Positions 59,118 to 64,000 of a stretch of DNA of 64,000 nt are shown here, in pieces. This stretch comes from a candidate division WOR-3 bacterium (GTDB lineage: Bacteria; Hydrothermota; 32-111), in the NCBI GenBank assembly GCA_039804105.1, contig JBDRZU010000001.1, positions 1,056,001-1,120,000 on the forward strand, given 5' to 3'. Both the position numbers and the translations under genes were made by a program. How positions within the stretch are numbered: the stretch's first letter is position 1; each line of letters starts with the position of its first letter. A model generated the notes under the pieces. It was not told where the DNA came from, searched no databases, and saw nothing but the letters and a program-made list of their open reading frames with translations.

Positions 59118-59564
59118 TTATTTTCTTTTAAGATTTTCTTTTGCAACAACTTCAGACCATTTTTTGCCGCCCATGGTCTCAGTGATATAAACTATCATAC
59201 TATAGATGTTGGCAACTGGAACATATGTGAGCCACTCTATTAGTCTTCCTTTTGTTTCCTTCATCATCTGCGCTGTTGTATAACCTCCAACATATCCGAT
59301 GCAACATCCTTCAACTCCAGCATTTTGGAAACCAACAAAAGCATAGTAAACTCTTAAAATTGGAAAGAAAAGTTGTAATAACTGTAAAAGGTCAACATTG
59401 ACTGCTTTTTCGTTAGCAATGTATCCCATCCTTATATCAAAAATTCCAAGAAGACATGGGACTATTCCACCATTCTGTTTTTGAATTGAGAAGACGGGAG
59501 CTGCAAACAATGATGGTGTTAACAATGAGATCAAAAGAAAGATAATAATAATTTTTTTGGTCAT
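59118..59564 (-). CDS. Hypothetical exported/membrane protein
   Basis: SD AGGAGG; signal peptide; hydrophobic segments. Confidence 0.7.
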   Translation of the reverse strand: MTKKIIIIFLLISLLTPSLFAAPVFSIQKQNGGIVPCLLGIFDIRMGYIANEKAVNVDLLQLLQLFFPILRVYYAFVGFQNAGVEGCCIGYVGGYTTAQMMKETKGRLIEWLTYVPVANIYSMIVYITETMGGKKWSEVVAKENLKRK

Positions 59565-59593
59565 TTCTCCTCCTTTATGTTATTTTTATTTTA

Positions 59594-60481
59594 TTAAAAA
59601 ATTTTTTTAAAGTCAAGAGAAAATTTTAAGGATGATTGTCCGCAATTTGATCCAACTATATTTTCTTTCAATTCACCTATTGACACTATGACATCAAAAC
59701 CATTTTTGTTAAGTTGTTTTTTTATATCTTCCATTCTTTTATAAGAATCAACACATAAATTATTTTTTATAGATTGATATGTCGGGTTTACAGGTGTCAA
59801 TTTTATGATAAAAGTTTTTTTATCAAAGTAAAGTGCAATTTTTTCAAAGGAGATTTCGTTTGACTCACTTACAGGAAAATTTAAAACTATCTTTCTTTTT
59901 CCAGGTGAATAAAATTCTTTTCCATATTCATTCAAAAATACAAAATTTTCTTTTTCTATTGGAATCGTTTTATCTCTTTCGTTCGTATTGGTGGAATATA
60001 TAGAAAACTGTAGTTGGAAATCGACAAAATTTTCTCTGATTGATAAAAGTTTTTCAAACCATTTTCTTCGATTTTTCGGAAACACAGTTGATATACACGG
60101 TATACAATTTTTATACTTTTTCTTTAATTCTTTAATCACCTCCAAAACATCATCGTTGAAAGATGGTTCTCCCATCCTTGCGAACTGAACTTTGAATTTC
60201 TTAAATCTGTTTGGACTCAAATTTCTTTCATTTATCATAAAATCTATCTGATACATCATTTCATCAAAAGTTAAATTCCTTGCGAATTCGTATCCGCTAT
60301 CACAAAAAACACACCGAACAGGACAGCCAACTTGTGTTGAAACAATTAGAACCCATTTTTCGTGATTTTTGCCAGAAATAACTGGTTCAACATCAACGGA
60401 TTCTATAAATTTTTTGTCTTCCGTTTCAAAGACGAGAACCTTTGAAACTTTTACCATTTCATTTTTTAACAAAAGATTCAT
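59594..60481 (-). CDS. RlmN/Cfr-like radical SAM protein (short form)
   Basis: STQVGCPVRCVFC, RMGEP, C-terminal GSNCGQ. Confidence 0.88.
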   Translation of the reverse strand: MNLLLKNEMVKVSKVLVFETEDKKFIESVDVEPVISGKNHEKWVLIVSTQVGCPVRCVFCDSGYEFARNLTFDEMMYQIDFMINERNLSPNRFKKFKVQFARMGEPSFNDDVLEVIKELKKKYKNCIPCISTVFPKNRRKWFEKLLSIRENFVDFQLQFSIYSTNTNERDKTIPIEKENFVFLNEYGKEFYSPGKRKIVLNFPVSESNEISFEKIALYFDKKTFIIKLTPVNPTYQSIKNNLCVDSYKRMEDIKKQLNKNGFDVIVSIGELKENIVGSNCGQSSLKFSLDFKKIF

Positions 60482-61307
60482 TCTGCCTCCTTTCAGATGA
60501 GAGTTTCATTGCAAGTTTTACTCCATCAGCAAAAGAAATACTCCCCTGCTTGAAATTTTTGCCTTTCACACTACCGCATAAAAGAACTCTTTTACTCTTG
60601 TTTACAATCTGTGGAAGATTTTTTCTTGAACCTATACACAAAAGAATATCATCAAATACTCTCTCAAAGTGTTTGTTTTTACTTTTGAAAAACACTCTGT
60701 ATTTATCAACCTCAGTCTTATTTATGTATAAAATCTGCGAGAAAGGATAAATATCTTTGACAAATGTTTTTACTTCTTCCAAAAGTTTTTTGTTCACTTT
60801 CCTAAAGTTCCCTTTGGAAATAATGGTTAGTTTTTTTCTTTTTTTTGTTAAAGTCAAAGATTGATCGAGTGCAACCTCTCCACCACCTATAACACAAATA
60901 TTTTTCCCTTTAACTTGATCAAAACGATTCTTAAGGTTTAACTCCCGAAATTTTTTTAAAACTTTTTCCTTTCTCCCAGTTGCAATTATACAATATTTCG
61001 TTGAGTATTCGTTTTTTTCAGTTTTTACGATTACAAAACTTTTTCTTACTTCTATTTTTATGCATTTTTCAAACTTTATTTTTCTTTTATATTTTTCCAA
61101 TTGTTTTTCAAAGTGAGAACATAATCTATTCCCTTTAACATCACAAAAACCCGGAAAATTTGTTACTCGGTGAGCATACCAGATATCACCACCTATTCTA
61201 TTCTGTTCAAGGAGTAAAACTTTTTCAAAATCTTTTAATATCTGTAAAAAGAATCCAATTCCAGCACATCCACCACCAATGATTATAAAATCATATTTTT
61301 CCATCAA
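60459..61307 (-). CDS. FAD/NAD(P)-dependent oxidoreductase (TrxB-like, no CxxC seen)
   Basis: IIGGGCAG, NFPG, IATG, IGGGEVALD. Confidence 0.82.
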   Translation of the reverse strand: MMEKYDFIIIGGGCAGIGFFLQILKDFEKVLLLEQNRIGGDIWYAHRVTNFPGFCDVKGNRLCSHFEKQLEKYKRKIKFEKCIKIEVRKSFVIVKTEKNEYSTKYCIIATGRKEKVLKKFRELNLKNRFDQVKGKNICVIGGGEVALDQSLTLTKKRKKLTIISKGNFRKVNKKLLEEVKTFVKDIYPFSQILYINKTEVDKYRVFFKSKNKHFERVFDDILLCIGSRKNLPQIVNKSKRVLLCGSVKGKNFKQGSISFADGVKLAMKLSSERRQNESFVKK

Positions 61308-61833
61308 AAATATCCCTTGAATTTATTATTTTTGCAAAACCTCGTTTCATATTTTCAATAGAATATCTATGGTGTTTTAATTTTCTAGATTTCACAAGAT
61401 CCTCAACTACATAATTTTCAAAACCATTTTCAAACGACTCTCTAACATTACTTTCAACACATAATTCGGTCATTACACCAACAAAAAAGATTTGTTTGAT
61501 TTTCAAAAGTTTTAAAAGTTTTTTAAAACTTTTTTTTTGAAAAACCGAATAGGAATTCTTTCTTACAATATAGTAATTTTTGGGTAAATATATCTTTTCA
61601 TAAAGTTCAAGATCGTTTCCATAAGGTAAATGTTTCCACCATTTGTTAAAATTTATCTTTCTCTTTGACGGAATAAATTGTAAAAAAATTATAGGACTTT
61701 TATTTTCTTCAAATATTTTTATAACTCTATTTATTTTTTGGGCTAAATTTTCTGCTCCCCTGATGTAGGATTTAGAACTTTTTTCAAAAAAATAGTTTTG
61801 AACATCAACTACTAAAAGCAAACTTTTTCTCAT
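61291..61833 (-). CDS. Isochorismatase/cysteine hydrolase family protein
   Basis: LLVVDVQNYF, KNSYSVF, GVMTELCVESNVR; start at MRKSLL after GGGGGTG. Confidence 0.88.
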   Translation of the reverse strand: MRKSLLLVVDVQNYFFEKSSKSYIRGAENLAQKINRVIKIFEENKSPIIFLQFIPSKRKINFNKWWKHLPYGNDLELYEKIYLPKNYYIVRKNSYSVFQKKSFKKLLKLLKIKQIFFVGVMTELCVESNVRESFENGFENYVVEDLVKSRKLKHHRYSIENMKRGFAKIINSRDIFDGKI

Positions 61834-61849
61834 AAAATTAAACACCCCC

Positions 61850-61930
61850 AAAAAAAAGAGCCATCCGGTCTGGATGGCTCTCGCCTGACATAACCTGATT
61901 GGATTATATATTTTTAACAAAAAAAATCAA
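61850..61930 (-). promoter_or_regulatory. Promoter plus short leader with intrinsic terminator (attenuator candidate)
   Basis: TTGATT-N16-TATAAT, then GAGCCATCC-AGACC-GGATGGCTC-T8 before the SD. Confidence 0.7.
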
Positions 61931-61996
61931 GATATTTATTGTTGATAATTTATTCTTTTTTGGTAAAATAAAAAATTAGATTTAAAAAGGAGAGTT

Positions 61997-64000
61997 ATGC
62001 TTCAAATATCTCAAAACCTGAAGAGTGGAAAGATCGAACTGATTGAGGTTCCAATACCTTCTTGTAAAAAAAATGGTGTTATAGTTAAAACAGTTTATTC
62101 TTGTGTTTCAATGGGAACAGAATCGATGAAAGTAAAAACCGGAAAAATGAACATTATTGAAAAAGCAAAAGAGAAACCCGAACAGGTCAAACAGGTAATC
62201 GATTCTGTGAAACAACTTGGTCTTGTTTCAACTTACAGAAAAGTTATGAATAAACTTGATTCGTTGTCACCTCTTGGATATTCATTGTCAGGAATAGTTG
62301 TCGAAACTGGAAGTAATGTAAACACATTGAAAATTGGCGATAAGGTTGCCTGTGGAGGTGGTAATTATGCTACACACTCAGAATTTAACTATATTCCCGA
62401 AAATCTATGTGTAAAATTAAAAGAAAATACAAACATGAAATATGCTTCAATGGCAACAATTGGTGCTATAGCGATACAAGGTTTAAGACAGGCAAATCTA
62501 CAATTTGGTGAAACAATCGGAATCATTGGAATGGGACTCATAGGTCAGTTGATGCTTCAAATAGCCAACGCTTCAGGGTTTAAGGTTCTTGCAATCGATA
62601 TTGACAAAGAAAGAGTTGAACTCGCTTTAAAACACAATGCAGCAAGAGGTGCAATTTTTGGAGAGGATAATTTAAAAGATATATCTCTTGATATGACGGA
62701 CGGTTTTGGACTCGATGCAGTATTTTTGGCCTCATCCACAAAATCGAATGGTCCTATCGAAATAATACCTGAAATAATAAGGGATAGAGGAAGAGTTGTT
62801 GATATCGGGATAACGAATCTGGATATACCCTGGCAACCATATTACGACAAAGAGTTGAACATATTCATGTCAAGATCTTATGGCCCAGGTAGATATGATC
62901 CACTTTATGAAGAACACTCAATAGATTATCCAATTTCTTATGTAAGGTTTACAGAACAGAGAAATATAAAAACTTTTATAGATTTAATTGAAACTGGAAA
63001 GATGGATCTTGACTATATTATTTCAGAAGAGATCGATTTTACTGAAAGCGATAAATTCTACAACAATTTGACAAACGAAAAAAACAAATATCTTTCAGTT
63101 GTTTTTAAATATCAAAATAAAGAAGTAGATATAAAAAAGGACAGAACATTAATCAATGAAAAAAAATTAGACACAAAAAAAATAAATCTTGGTTGCATCG
63201 GAGCAGGGAATTTTGCAAAAACTATGCTTTTTCCAGAATTGAAAAATATTAAGGATCTTTCTTTTTACTTTTTATCAACATCTACTGGAATTTCAGCAAA
63301 AGATAGTATGAAAAAATTCAATTTTTCAAAAATAACAACACAAACCGATGAATTGTTGAATGATAAAAAAATTAATCTACTCATGGTTTTAACAAGACAT
63401 TCTACACATTCAAAATATGTTATGGAGGGATTAAAAAGAGATCTCTTTGTTTATACTGAAAAACCATTATGCCTTGACGAAGATGAACTAAAAAATATAG
63501 AAAAAGTTTATACAGAATCCAGAGGAGATCTTTTTGTTGGTTATAACAGGAGATTTTCAAACCAAATTTTAAAAATAAAAAATTTCTTCGAAAGAGTTAA
63601 TCAACCAAAACACATTTACTACAGAGTCAACGCAGGATATCTTGAAAAAACCAACTGGTATAACGATTATGAAGAGGGAAATCGATTTATCGGTGAAGGT
63701 GGACATTTTGTGGACACATGTTTATTTCTAATTGATAAAAATCCAGTTTCAGTTTATGCTACATTCATAGGACTTGGAAGAACAGACGAAAAAACAAAAG
63801 ACAACATATCGTTAACCATAGATTTTGAGGATGGTTCAGTAGCAAACATTCTCTATTTCACCTTTGGTGATAAATCTTTACCAAAAGAATATCTTGAAAT
63901 ATCGTCCGGAATGCAAAGTGCTATCCTTGACAATTTTAAAAGTGTTGTTTTCCATAAAAATGGATCTACAAAAAAAATTAAATTTTGGTCCGCGGGAAAA
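61997..64000 (+). CDS. Bi-domain oxidoreductase (Zn-type dehydrogenase + Gfo/Idh/MocA), polysaccharide-locus type; runs off window
   Basis: Manual translation: MLQISQNLKSG..SMGTE..PLGYSLSG..GLIGQ..SRSYGPGRYDP..YEE; later GAGNFAK, EKPLC, VGYNRRFS, GEGGHFVD. Confidence 0.9.
   Translation, partial: MLQISQNLKSGKIELIEVPIPSCKKNGVIVKTVYSCVSMGTESMKVKTGKMNIIEKAKEKPEQVKQVIDSVKQLGLVSTYRKVMNKLDSLSPLGYSLSGIVVETGSNVNTLKIGDKVACGGGNYATHSEFNYIPENLCVKLKENTNMKYASMATIGAIAIQGLRQANLQFGETIGIIGMGLIGQLMLQIANASGFKVLAIDIDKERVELALKHNAARGAIFGEDNLKDISLDMTDGFGLDAVFLASSTKSNGPIEIIPEIIRDRGRVVDIGITNLDIPWQPYYDKELNIFMSRSYGPGRYDPLYEEHSIDYPISYVRFTEQRNIKTFIDLIETGKMDLDYIISEEIDFTESDKFYNNLTNEKNKYLSVVFKYQNKEVDIKKDRTLINEKKLDTKKINLGCIGAGNFAKTMLFPELKNIKDLSFYFLSTSTGISAKDSMKKFNFSKITTQTDELLNDKKINLLMVLTRHSTHSKYVMEGLKRDLFVYTEKPLCLDEDELKNIEKVYTESRGDLFVGYNRRFSNQILKIKNFFERVNQPKHIYYRVNAGYLEKTNWYNDYEEGNRFIGEGGHFVDTCLFLIDKNPVSVYATFIGLGRTDEKTKDNISLTIDFEDGSVANILYFTFGDKSLPKEYLEISSGMQSAILDNFKSVVFHKNGSTKKIKFWSAGK

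Noticed and set aside
61834..61920. N-terminal extension of the isochorismatase ORF (start 61920)
   Set aside because: It runs through the promoter and terminator; the SD-supported start is 61833

Overview
This is a low-GC bacterial chromosomal window from what looks like an anaerobic, fermentative diderm. Left to right it contains: cstA (partial); a 12-gene [FeFe]-hydrogenase operon with regulatory genes, two NuoE/NuoF pairs and one HydA; a class II photolyase and a GT4 glycosyltransferase; a REP-associated (Y1/HUH) tyrosine transposase; marR; a 13-gene Mrp-Mbx (MBS-like) membrane oxidoreductase whose last subunit is fused to a GltD-like flavoprotein; a DUF5320-NifB/X-DUF134 unit and a nitroreductase; a frameshifted class II glutamine amidotransferase; addAB-like genes; a 26-repeat CRISPR array with no cas genes in the window; tkt and ftsEX; ybbR-tsaD-pcm; a catalytically degenerate metallopeptidase; an MBL/PDZ/PDZ/histidine kinase operon; a sigma54-driven operon of secreted Q/N-rich and DxDxDG proteins with a beta-barrel and a lipoprotein; transporters; rrf2-hcp; and an isochorismatase/flavoprotein/RlmN-like operon behind a short terminator leader. 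Five observations stand out. (1) A non-palindromic ~28-35 bp repeat (GGGGACGGTGCTTGACTTTTTGACATTTT) brackets the transposase and unrelated accessory genes, and supplies start codons, stop codons and promoter-like hexamers. (2) The sigma54 operon may encode an extracellular matrix or fibre system. (3) The hydrogenase operon pairs one bifurcating-type and one non-bifurcating-type beta subunit. (4) TTGAnn/TAnnnT promoters across the window mostly have a 16-bp spacer, and many transcripts look leaderless. (5) The CRISPR spacers show an antisense-to-mRNA bias. All calls come from reading motifs by eye; no database searches were run.
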